Under the pieces are notes generated by a model, which was not told the origin of the DNA, did not search any database, and worked only from the letters and a program-made list of their open reading frames with translations. The translations under genes were made by a program, and so were the position numbers. A stretch of 40,601 nt of DNA from a virus. Where the stretch lies: the IMG/VR virus record IMGVR_UViG_3300045988_091682. One strand, written 5' to 3'. Positions 1 through 6,884 of this stretch are shown here, one piece after another. Each line of letters opens with the position of its first letter. The first letter of the stretch is position 1.

Positions 1-55
1 GTTTCCTAAACATTGGGGCAGAGCGGAACACGACATTCGGGCGGAACTATATACA
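1..55. repeat. 55-bp terminal direct repeat, left copy (identical to 40547..40601)
   Basis: The first 55 nt (gtttcctaaacattgggg...ggaactatataca) are repeated exactly as the last 55 nt of the window. This is consistent with circular-contig overlap or a DTR. Confidence 0.95.
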
Positions 56-88
56 ACTTTTTCGCCGGATTATATATAACAGATGTAA

Positions 89-160
89 GCCTTTGTAGTT
101 CAACGGATAGAACGGCGGTTTCCTAAACCGCAAATCCGGGTTCGATTCCCGGCGAGGGTA
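89..160 (+). tRNA. tRNA-Arg (anticodon CCT), 72 nt, no encoded CCA
   Basis: Hand-folded cloverleaf. Acceptor is gcctttg/cgagggt. D arm is gttc-aacggata-gaac with GG. Anticodon arm is gcggt-ttCCTaa-accgc. The variable loop is 4 nt. T arm is ccggg-ttcgatt-cccgg, and the discriminator is A. The acceptor stem holds 3 G-U pairs. Confidence 0.8.
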
Positions 161-163
161 CAA

Positions 164-199
164 GAAGCGACGGAATTTTCCGTCGCTTCGTTCATTTTT
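164..199 (+). terminator. Intrinsic terminator after the tRNA
   Basis: 10-bp perfect stem gaagcgacgg / ccgtcgcttc with a 6-nt loop, followed by gttcattttt. Confidence 0.7.
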
Positions 200-230
200 G
201 CACGCTTCGTTTGTATATTTGCTCGCAAAT

Positions 231-248
231 GTTGTCATATAGTTGTCA
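231..248. promoter_or_regulatory. Two GTTGTCA repeats spaced 11 bp apart (putative integrase arm-type or autoregulatory sites)
   Basis: gttgtca occurs at 231..237 and 242..248. The same heptamer pair with the same 11-bp spacing occurs at 40466..40472 and 40477..40483, across the circular junction. Confidence 0.4.
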
Positions 249-260
249 AAAACCTGCACC

Positions 261-1643
261 ATGCCGACCACATTCAAACCTGTTGTCTACGCCGACAATA
301 AACGGCAGGACGGAACCTACAACGTAAAGATACGAGTAACCCATCGACGGCAGACATTGAAGCTGTCAACGAATATGTACGTCGCCGCACACCAAATGAC
401 GCGCGCGCTTAAACTCAAAGACCAAAGCATAATCGACGAGGCGAAACGAATCATCGACAACTGGCGCGCCATCGTCGGACGGCTCGGAGCTGCGGCCGAC
501 GTTATGACCGTCCGGCAGGTAGTCGACCACATCAAGCAGACGGAGCAGAACAACATGGCTTTCGAACTTGATTTTATCGCCTATGGACGCAAAAAGGCTG
601 AAACGATGCGCCCCGGAACGGGCATCGGGTATCAGATCGCCTTAAATGCGTTGGTGCGGTATATCGGCTCGGAAACACTTGACATCAGCCGGATAAATGC
701 CCGATTCCTTACGGGCTTCGAACGGTTCATCGAGGCCGAACCCGTTCTGACGCACAGTAGAAAGGGTGCAATCCGCCAACTGCACAAGACCAAGAAAGGC
801 GGCCGCGCCGTATCATCCTATCTTGCCTGCGTTCGCCACATCCATAATCTCGCAAAACAGGAGTTTAACGACGAGGAATTGGGCGTCATCCGCATACCGC
901 AATCACCGTTCAAAACCTACAAGGTCAAGCAACCGCCAAAGGTCAAAAAACGAGCCGTCAACCCCGATATACTCCAACAAATAATCAACCTCGGCGACGA
1001 ACCGCGCCGTGCTGGGTCAATCTCCGATTTCACGCGCCGCGATCTTGCCCGCGATTGTTTCCTCCTGTCTTTCGGCCTTGCAGGCATGAACGCAGCCGAC
1101 CTGCTATCCTGCCCTGCGCAGCCCCTCGATGGCGACGTTATCGTCTACAACCGACAAAAGACCGCGAGCCGTCGAGAAGACGAGGCGGAAATGCACATCA
1201 GAATCGAACCACAGATCGCGCCGTTGGTCGAGAAATTCAAAGACCCGACAGGCGCACGACTATTCCGGTTCCATCTACACTACCGGGATGGCAACACATT
1301 TAACGGAGCGCTGAATCAAGGTCTGAAACGAATTGACGATGCGTTGCGGGCGACCCGAGACGTCGACCAACATCAGAACGACGCTGCGGGCGAAGATCGG
1401 CCCCTGCCGGAACATATCACGTTCTACGCCGCGCGCCATAGCTGGGCAACGATAGCCCGTTCAGCAGCGCTCAAAATCGACAAATACACCGTACACGAGG
1501 CGCTGAACCACGTCGACGCAGATATGAAAATAACCGACCGATATATCGACCGCGATTGGTCGGTCATTTGGCAGGCAAATGCAAAAGTACTTGGCCTGCT
1601 CAACTGGTCGGAACTAAAAAAAAGAGAGGAAAACCGGAAATAA
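261..1643 (+). CDS. int: Tyrosine site-specific integrase
   Basis: ORF 243..1643; the ATG at 261 is preferred over the TTG at 243. The C-terminal catalytic region contains YAARHSWAT (HxxR box), HEALNH and TDRYI (catalytic Tyr context). The gene is adjacent to a tRNA and to the junction. Confidence 0.85.
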   Translation: MPTTFKPVVYADNKRQDGTYNVKIRVTHRRQTLKLSTNMYVAAHQMTRALKLKDQSIIDEAKRIIDNWRAIVGRLGAAADVMTVRQVVDHIKQTEQNNMAFELDFIAYGRKKAETMRPGTGIGYQIALNALVRYIGSETLDISRINARFLTGFERFIEAEPVLTHSRKGAIRQLHKTKKGGRAVSSYLACVRHIHNLAKQEFNDEELGVIRIPQSPFKTYKVKQPPKVKKRAVNPDILQQIINLGDEPRRAGSISDFTRRDLARDCFLLSFGLAGMNAADLLSCPAQPLDGDVIVYNRQKTASRREDEAEMHIRIEPQIAPLVEKFKDPTGARLFRFHLHYRDGNTFNGALNQGLKRIDDALRATRDVDQHQNDAAGEDRPLPEHITFYAARHSWATIARSAALKIDKYTVHEALNHVDADMKITDRYIDRDWSVIWQANAKVLGLLNWSELKKREENRK

Positions 1644-1678
1644 TTGGCGGGAATCTTGCATAATAAACAAATGTTTAT

Positions 1679-1686
1679 TATATTTG
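1679..1686 (+). promoter_or_regulatory. Bacteroidota-type -7 box TATATTTG
   Basis: Matches TAnnTTTG, with cTTG about 20 nt upstream. It lies 25 nt upstream of the small ORF at 1711. Confidence 0.35.
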
Positions 1687-1710
1687 CATTGTCAATAAAG
1701 CCAAAAGGAT

Positions 1711-1869
1711 ATGAAAAAACCAAGTAAGGAACAAAAGGAGTTCGAAGCAGAGCTAATTTACTATTTAAGGCTTTACAGCGAACTAAAAGGAAGAGAGGGA
1801 GCCGCAAAAATCCTCGCTTCCATTGAGGAAGAAATCAACAAGCTGGTCGAAATCCTCAAAGAATTGTAA
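1711..1869 (+). CDS. Small hypothetical protein (52 aa, below the ORF-track cutoff)
   Basis: Hand translation gives MKKPSKEQKEFEAELIYYLRLYSELKGREGAAKILASIEEEINKLVEILKEL. A strong hairpin follows immediately. Confidence 0.45.
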   Translation: MKKPSKEQKEFEAELIYYLRLYSELKGREGAAKILASIEEEINKLVEILKEL

Positions 1870-1875
1870 AACACA

Positions 1876-1901
1876 GCTCCCCGCCTTGCGGGGCGGGGAG
1901 C
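1876..1901 (+). terminator. GC-rich hairpin (terminator-like, no clear T-run)
   Basis: 10-bp stem gctccccgcc / ggcggggagc with a 6-nt loop. Confidence 0.45.
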
Positions 1902-1917
1902 ATAAACAAAATAGACT

Positions 1918-2310
1918 ATGGCAACCAAGAAAGAAATGGACGATTTGAAACGTCGTTTTATAAGCGCAGAAACGGAAGAAGAACGCAACGAAATCGGCAA
2001 GGAGATTTCTGCGGCAATCGAACAAAACGCCGAGGAGGTCGCCGCGATTACCCTTTCACAGCTCAAAGAAACGAACGAACGAGCACAGGACGAATTAGTG
2101 CGCAATCGCCTTAAATCGGTGCTCCCGGCAATTTCGTTGTCTTACATCGCCAAGACCTATTTCAATAAAAGCCGTAGTTGGCTGAATCAGCGAATTAACG
2201 GCAATACGGTTAATGGGGTACAGGCCAAATTCTCACAGGAGGAGTTGCGCACGCTCGATTTTGCACTAAAAGACCTTTCGGCAAAACTTGCAGAGATTCG
2301 CGTTTCATAG
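1918..2310 (+). CDS. Hypothetical protein, possibly DNA-binding (resembles Bacteroidales DUF5053-type proteins from memory)
   Basis: 130-aa ORF with a coiled-coil N-terminus. The motif SRSWLNQRINGNTVNG is recalled from that family but not verified. Confidence 0.55.
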   Translation: MATKKEMDDLKRRFISAETEEERNEIGKEISAAIEQNAEEVAAITLSQLKETNERAQDELVRNRLKSVLPAISLSYIAKTYFNKSRSWLNQRINGNTVNGVQAKFSQEELRTLDFALKDLSAKLAEIRVS

Positions 2311-2348
2311 CCTTTGCTTTATTGACAATCTCGCAGAAGCGAAACGCG

Positions 2349-2378
2349 ACGCCCCGGCCAAACGGTCGGGGCGTTTTC
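2349..2378. terminator. Bidirectional terminator between convergent genes
   Basis: Stem acgccccg / cggggcgt with inner pairing, followed by tttt. It lies between 1918..2310 (+) and 2440..2679 (-). Confidence 0.55.
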
Positions 2379-2439
2379 TGTACATATTTTCACGGGAAAA
2401 ATTAACCCTTGCGGACATAATTTTTTACATATTTTCGGG

Positions 2440-2679
2440 CTATTTCGTAAACATCTGCCCCCGGCCTGTCAGCAGCCAGCGAGGCGAAACGCCGTAATGC
2501 TCGACGATAAACGTCAGCCACGCCGTCGGAATCTCCCGACGGCTATCCGTGTTGTCGCGCTTTTTATAAAAATTGCGCTTGTCGATGCCCCCCTCGCGGC
2601 AAAACGTCTGTATCTTCGTTTCGCCCATCGCAAGCAAGGCATCGAACGCCTCGAAAAATCTGTCCGCAACAGTTTGCAT
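2440..2679 (-). CDS. CI-type helix-turn-helix DNA-binding protein
   Basis: 79 aa. The C-terminal motif PRWLLTGRG matches the WLLTGxG signature of phage CI-repressor HTH domains. Confidence 0.6.
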   Translation of the reverse strand: MQTVADRFFEAFDALLAMGETKIQTFCREGGIDKRNFYKKRDNTDSRREIPTAWLTFIVEHYGVSPRWLLTGRGQMFTK

Positions 2680-2682
2680 AGA

Positions 2683-3771
2683 TCAATACATTTTGCAAGC
2701 AGCTATGATTTCATCCTTATACTTGTAAATATCGTCCAATGATTCAAGCAGGTGTTTCTGTCCCCATTTCTCCACGTTGCAAGTTTCGAGATACTTATTT
2801 GAACTATTGAAATACAGGCGACAGATCGGTTTTCGGTTATTGTCGTCAAGCAGGATTCCGAAATACGACATCGTATCACGGTACTGCACGCGATTAATAT
2901 CGTCGACCTCCGGGTAAAGAATTGACCGAACGATATAAAATCCCTGCAATTCCTCTTCCGTAGTTACGATTCGGTTATCCTCTATTTTTTCTGCCTCATC
3001 CGAAGTTGCGGCCACATCCGCCCCCTGTTCGGTCTTATCGACCTTGTTTTCTACTACCGTATCGGCAGAGATCGCCGATTTAAGGCGTTCATTTATGTAA
3101 TCGTTGGTGTATTGTACAAATGCCTGTTTCACAATCGCGCGGAATTGCCCCATTACAACGTCGTTGAAACGGCCGGGATAAATCGGCCGGGCAAAGTATT
3201 TGACGAACTCGTCGCTGGGATTGTTGATTTCCCGGTCAATGGCATTTCGAATTTCATTTGTAAACTTCAATTCACTGGCGGTGTTGAGAATCGTGTCTAC
3301 ATCGAAATAACTCTTGTGGAACTCACGCAATTTATCGACCTGCGATTCCCGGTATTTCTCCATATTGAATTCGAAGAACGGTTTTTCATCCATCTTGTTT
3401 TTCTCTACCAAGTCGGTATAAAAACGATAGATAATGCCGTTGGTCAGAATACCGAAGCGGGCGTTGGATACATGGAAATAACGAAACAGTTGCCCGTTAT
3501 GCGATGTAAGGTCTTCTTTCCAATGTTTGCACTCAATCAGAATAATCGGCTGGCCGTCTTTATGAATGGCATAGTCGATCTTTTCCCCTTTTTTAATCCC
3601 TAAATCGCAAGTGTATTCGGGGACAACTTCCGTCGGGTCAAATACATCGTATCCGAGGGTTTGAAGAAACGGCATAATGAACGCCGTTTTGGTCGCCTCT
3701 TCGGTTTGGGTATTCTCTTTAAGTTTGATAACCCGTTCACTCAACAGCTTGATTTGATCTTTGAAATCCAT
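2683..3771 (-). CDS. HsdR-N (type I restriction R-subunit N-terminal, PD-(D/E)xK-like) domain protein
   Basis: 362 aa. The N-terminus reads EEATKTAFIMPFLQTLGYDVF...GEKIDYAI...PIILIECK, the typical HSDR_N / Mrr-like nuclease core pattern. The C-terminal domain has unknown function. Confidence 0.6.
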   Translation of the reverse strand: MDFKDQIKLLSERVIKLKENTQTEEATKTAFIMPFLQTLGYDVFDPTEVVPEYTCDLGIKKGEKIDYAIHKDGQPIILIECKHWKEDLTSHNGQLFRYFHVSNARFGILTNGIIYRFYTDLVEKNKMDEKPFFEFNMEKYRESQVDKLREFHKSYFDVDTILNTASELKFTNEIRNAIDREINNPSDEFVKYFARPIYPGRFNDVVMGQFRAIVKQAFVQYTNDYINERLKSAISADTVVENKVDKTEQGADVAATSDEAEKIEDNRIVTTEEELQGFYIVRSILYPEVDDINRVQYRDTMSYFGILLDDNNRKPICRLYFNSSNKYLETCNVEKWGQKHLLESLDDIYKYKDEIIAACKMY

Positions 3772-3783
3772 TTTGATATGTTT

Positions 3784-4305
3784 TTACTGGTTATTGGCAG
3801 ATTGGAAACCCGATTCGAGGGGTACATCTTCAAACTTAACGGCAACCCCGGACGCTTGCCACACAGGGCGTTTGTTTGCATCCAATTCCCGGTAGATTCT
3901 TACACCGATCAAGCCGTTCGCCCCTCGCGTTTTAGCTCTTTCGACAAGCATATCAAGTATTTTATTAGGGGTTATATCATCCGCTGCGCCGGGGCCGAAC
4001 TCCTCTCCGTACTCCATCGCAATCGAGGCAATAGGGAGGTATTTATATGTAGTTTGAGCCTCTGACGGAAAAATCCAAAAACCGCTGTTGATATAATCTG
4101 CATAGTCAACAGAATACCTTACCGTATAGGCTTGGTATGTGCAACACGTCAAACACAAAACGGCGCAAAGTGCGACAATTCTACCAATCCCAAGACGAAG
4201 TATCGGCCCTTTCAGAATCTTCGAGGGGGGGGGGAATTTTATAATCCCTACGCGTCGTAAAACGCAAGCCCCGACAGAGGCGAAGCCCGAAGCAAGTTTT
4301 TTCAT
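3784..4305 (-). CDS. Membrane-anchored or lipoprotein-like protein with a YbjQ/UPF0145-like C-terminal domain
   Basis: The ATG at 4305 (MKKLASG...) lies just downstream of the repressor stop. Features are the hydrophobic segment IVALCAVLCLTCC and a C-terminal RGANGLIGVRIY...ASGVAVKF. A C10 tract encodes FPPP at codons 24-27. Confidence 0.55.
   Translation of the reverse strand: MKKLASGFASVGACVLRRVGIIKFPPPSKILKGPILRLGIGRIVALCAVLCLTCCTYQAYTVRYSVDYADYINSGFWIFPSEAQTTYKYLPIASIAMEYGEEFGPGAADDITPNKILDMLVERAKTRGANGLIGVRIYRELDANKRPVWQASGVAVKFEDVPLESGFQSANNQ
4225..4234 (+). repeat. G10 homopolymer (C10 in the mRNA of 3784..4305)
   Basis: tcgaGGGGGGGGGGaatt, counted directly from the sequence. Confidence 0.9.
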
Positions 4306-4334
4306 AAATTCAAGGGTTAAAGTGTTTATATTAA

Positions 4335-4988
4335 CTATTTTAAGGACATGCACATCAATACGCGATACATTCCGTAAATATCGGCGAATCGCACGGCAAA
4401 AGGCTGATATTTCGGGTCGGGATTCAAAGAATAGCACTGTACGGAATCGTCATCGTCCCCCTTCCGCACCTCCTTTATAACACTACCGTTACAAGTATCG
4501 AGGACATAAACCCGCCCCCATTCGATGAACGCCGTTTCGTCGACCTTTTTAATAAGAACCTGCGCCCCGTTCGGATAGTCCGGGGCCATGCTGTCACCCG
4601 TTACCGTCATAACAAAATCAACGTCACGAATCGGCGTGACAACGCGCTCACACTCGGCAATCTTAATTGACACAACAAAGTCGTTAAGTGTCCCGCCTTG
4701 CGCCGCGAGAGGCAGCAGCGGAGCAGTAAATACATTCGGCGTTTCGGCTTTGTTTGTCGCCGTCGAGGTCTTCACAGAGCCGCCGCGGGTCATAGGCCCA
4801 ACGCCCGTCATCAACCATTCTGTATTAAGGTCAGGATAACGTGATGCAATGCGTTGTAGTTTATCCGGCTGAACAGATACGCGGATTGTGTTCACATAAC
4901 CAATCGTCAGCCCTGCTTCGCGCTCAAAAGCACGCACAGAACGCTCTTTCGATTTAGCGAACTTGACAAGTCTTTCTTTTATAGTCAT
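4335..4988 (-). CDS. cI/LexA-like repressor (HTH plus S24 peptidase domain)
   Basis: 217 aa. The N-terminal HTH has TEWLMTGVG. The C-terminal part has the VTGDSMAPDYPNG Ser-nucleophile motif and a downstream LIKK lysine. The gene is divergent from the early operon. Confidence 0.85.
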   Translation of the reverse strand: MTIKERLVKFAKSKERSVRAFEREAGLTIGYVNTIRVSVQPDKLQRIASRYPDLNTEWLMTGVGPMTRGGSVKTSTATNKAETPNVFTAPLLPLAAQGGTLNDFVVSIKIAECERVVTPIRDVDFVMTVTGDSMAPDYPNGAQVLIKKVDETAFIEWGRVYVLDTCNGSVIKEVRKGDDDDSVQCYSLNPDPKYQPFAVRFADIYGMYRVLMCMSLK

Positions 4989-5159
4989 ATATAAAAAAAT
5001 TTCACAAAACTTTCACAAAATGCTTTATAAAGTTTGCATAATATGATGCTTTGCTTTATATTTGCATCATAATTCACAGGGATTACGCATGAATTACGCA
5101 CAAATATAACAAAAATTGTTTAATGCAATACATTATTATCACATAAAGCACAACGCACG
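4989..5159. promoter_or_regulatory. Immunity/switch region with divergent promoters and phased repeats
   Basis: AT-rich 171-bp gap between divergent genes. The rightward promoter has -33 TTTG (5033..5036) and -7 TATATTTG (5057..5064). The leftward candidate is CAAATATA at 5101..5108. Repeats are tttcacaaaa x2 (5000, 5011), attacgca x2 (5082, 5093), and TGCTTTATA(aag)TTTGCAT-like boxes at 5021..5039 and 5052..5067 (the second copy lacks the aag). Confidence 0.6.
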
Positions 5160-5456
5160 ATGAACACGAAATTTTTTAACCGAGCCGTAGGTCATGCAAA
5201 CATCCTCGTCGGGGATAACATCGACCAACTCGTCAGCGAGGCCATGAACCACGTTGCCCGCCTCCGGGATTACTACCGGAACGACATCCGTCAATCGTTG
5301 CAGGATTTAGGCGCAGCCTGCGTATCGAATCATTCCACAGGAGACAAGAGGAGTTTGTTTGTTGTTCTCGACAAAGAGCATCAAGTATCGGACGAGGATT
5401 GGCAAAACATGGCCATACGTGACATCGAAAGGAAATACAACATCCGAATCCTATGA
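5160..5456 (+). CDS. Hypothetical early protein
   Basis: 98-aa ORF. It is the first gene of the rightward operon. Confidence 0.55.
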   Translation: MNTKFFNRAVGHANILVGDNIDQLVSEAMNHVARLRDYYRNDIRQSLQDLGAACVSNHSTGDKRSLFVVLDKEHQVSDEDWQNMAIRDIERKYNIRIL

Positions 5457-5752
5457 AAACGGCGACCAATCTCAACAGCGCGACGGGCAGCGTGCTCGGA
5501 CTTGCCGAACTTATCGGAATAAGCCACGGTAAAATGCGCACTCTTATCGGCCACCTATGCGCCGCAGGACTGATAACGAGTGAATCATCGAACAAAGGAA
5601 CGGCATTTCGACTTACTGACCGCGGCGAACAGGTATTGAATTTCACATCGGCAGACGTCGACGATTTTTCGACCATTCTGTCGGTTATCCAACGGCCTTT
5701 CGGCATAGCTATTTTACATATTATTAAACAACTAACGCACAACGCACTATGA
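5453..5752 (+). CDS. Putative winged-helix DNA-binding protein
   Basis: 99 aa. LGLAELIGISHGKMRTLIGHLCAAGLITSE...FRLTDRGEQVL resembles a MarR-type wHTH. Start and stop overlap the neighbouring genes. Confidence 0.5.
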   Translation: MKTATNLNSATGSVLGLAELIGISHGKMRTLIGHLCAAGLITSESSNKGTAFRLTDRGEQVLNFTSADVDDFSTILSVIQRPFGIAILHIIKQLTHNAL

Positions 5753-6207
5753 AAAATAACATCGAAAATGGGATTTACATCCCCGAGGAACAGCGCAACC
5801 TTATCCCCGTCGACGAATGGGTGAAGCGCGAAGATCCGACCACAGCGCAGACCGTTGTACTTGTAACCGATTTCGGAATGCTCGAAATCGCCAAAGAAGA
5901 CCTACCGGGCGGATTCAATTTCGAGGGCGCACAGAAAGCTGCCGCCGAATACCGCAAGGGCTTCCGCTGCCCGACCCGGCATGAAGCAATTGAAATGTAC
6001 GACGCCCGGTTCCGTGGCCTCGACGAAGCGTTCAAGAAGATCGGCGGCGAACCCGCAACGACTATCGGCTGGACGAGCGAAGCCGACCCCGGCCCGGAGT
6101 ACAATTCCACCGGCGCGTTCGTCTACGACGGCCTCACGGGCGGCGTGAACATCTACAACAAGGGTAACGCGTTCGCCGTGCGTCCGGTTTCCGCTTTCAA
6201 GAAATAG
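5749..6207 (+). CDS. DGR variable protein 2: small leaderless DUF1566/C-type-lectin-fold-like protein with a C-terminal VR
   Basis: 152 aa. FRCPTRHEAIEMY corresponds to the W(R/W)LP(T/S)xxE motif of target 1. The C-terminus EYNSTGAFVYDGLTGGVNIYNKGNAFAVRPVSAFKK is encoded by a TR-matching VR. Confidence 0.8.
   Translation: MKNNIENGIYIPEEQRNLIPVDEWVKREDPTTAQTVVLVTDFGMLEIAKEDLPGGFNFEGAQKAAAEYRKGFRCPTRHEAIEMYDARFRGLDEAFKKIGGEPATTIGWTSEADPGPEYNSTGAFVYDGLTGGVNIYNKGNAFAVRPVSAFKK
6097..6193 (+). repeat. DGR variable repeat VR2
   Basis: 97 nt align without gaps to TR 37057..37153. There are 16 substitutions: 15 at TR adenines and one T-to-G (tat to ggt). Confidence 0.8.
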
Positions 6208-6225
6208 TTTCACAGTTCAATCATT

Positions 6226-6249
6226 CCCGCGCCCTTTACGGGGCGCGGG
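6226..6249 (+). promoter_or_regulatory. GC hairpin downstream of VR2
   Basis: 9-bp stem cccgcgccc / gggcgcggg with loop tttacg. It is preceded by attcccgcgcc, the same flank as downstream of VR1. Confidence 0.6.
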
Positions 6250-6273
6250 GTTAACCCCAAAGACCAAACAGAA

Positions 6274-6480
6274 ATGAAAAAAGGCACGATCATCAAACGC
6301 ACCGACTACGTGGCGACGATGCTCGCTATTCCCGTCGGAGAAGAACACGAATTCACGCTGACGGGGCGCGACTACGCATCGTATATGAACGCCGTCAGCC
6401 GTTTCAACGAGAACGGCAAGGCGAAATTCGAAGCCCGCACCGCTTCCGCATCCACCATCGTAATTAAACGCCTTTCGTAA
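6274..6480 (+). CDS. Hypothetical protein
   Basis: 68-aa ORF in the co-directional, tightly packed array. Confidence 0.5.
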   Translation: MKKGTIIKRTDYVATMLAIPVGEEHEFTLTGRDYASYMNAVSRFNENGKAKFEARTASASTIVIKRLS

Positions 6481-6481
6481 T

Positions 6482-6796
6482 ATGTCGCTCCCCGAATTAT
6501 ACGAATTACAGCATTGCCTCGTCCACGTCGCCGATGTCGTTGCTTGCGCAATCATCAAGCGCCAGCAGCCAGCCGCCGACCTCGTAACGAAACGCGCGCT
6601 GTATCGGGAATTCGGTCGGGGCTGGGTCGATAAGCATATCGCCCCGCATGGGAAGATCGAGGGCAAGCGATTCGGAACGGCCCCGAATTCACCGATCAAA
6701 TACAGCCGCACGGAATTCGTCGCCCTACTCGAAGCCGAACGCCTGCAACGCGCAGAAATCGTCGGTAAATACGGACAACAAGAGCAGGCAAAATAA
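6482..6796 (+). CDS. Hypothetical protein
   Basis: 104-aa ORF. It starts 1 nt after the preceding stop codon. Confidence 0.55.
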   Translation: MSLPELYELQHCLVHVADVVACAIIKRQQPAADLVTKRALYREFGRGWVDKHIAPHGKIEGKRFGTAPNSPIKYSRTEFVALLEAERLQRAEIVGKYGQQEQAK

Positions 6797-6884
6797 GCTG
6801 TTTTGCAGCCTTTACCACTCCAAGCGAACGAATACACGACGACAGCCCGAAAGTCGATAAAACAGGAAATTCGATAAAAATAAC

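Noticed and set aside
1-12. 12-nt identity (ggtttcctaaac) between the junction (40546..40601/1..11) and the tRNA anticodon arm (118..129)
   Set aside because: Identity does not extend beyond 12 nt into the rest of the tRNA, so it is not a duplicated tRNA 3' half. It could be chance or an eroded old att scar, and is too short to interpret.
1-55. The 55-bp end repeats read as attL/attR of an integrated prophage, or as IS/transposon terminal repeats
   Set aside because: - There is no flanking host sequence outside the repeats, and the repeats are direct and not inverted.
- The repeat is not part of the tRNA 3' end that an att core would be expected to contain.
- Circular-assembly overlap or a DTR is more parsimonious. 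This cannot be fully excluded without reads.
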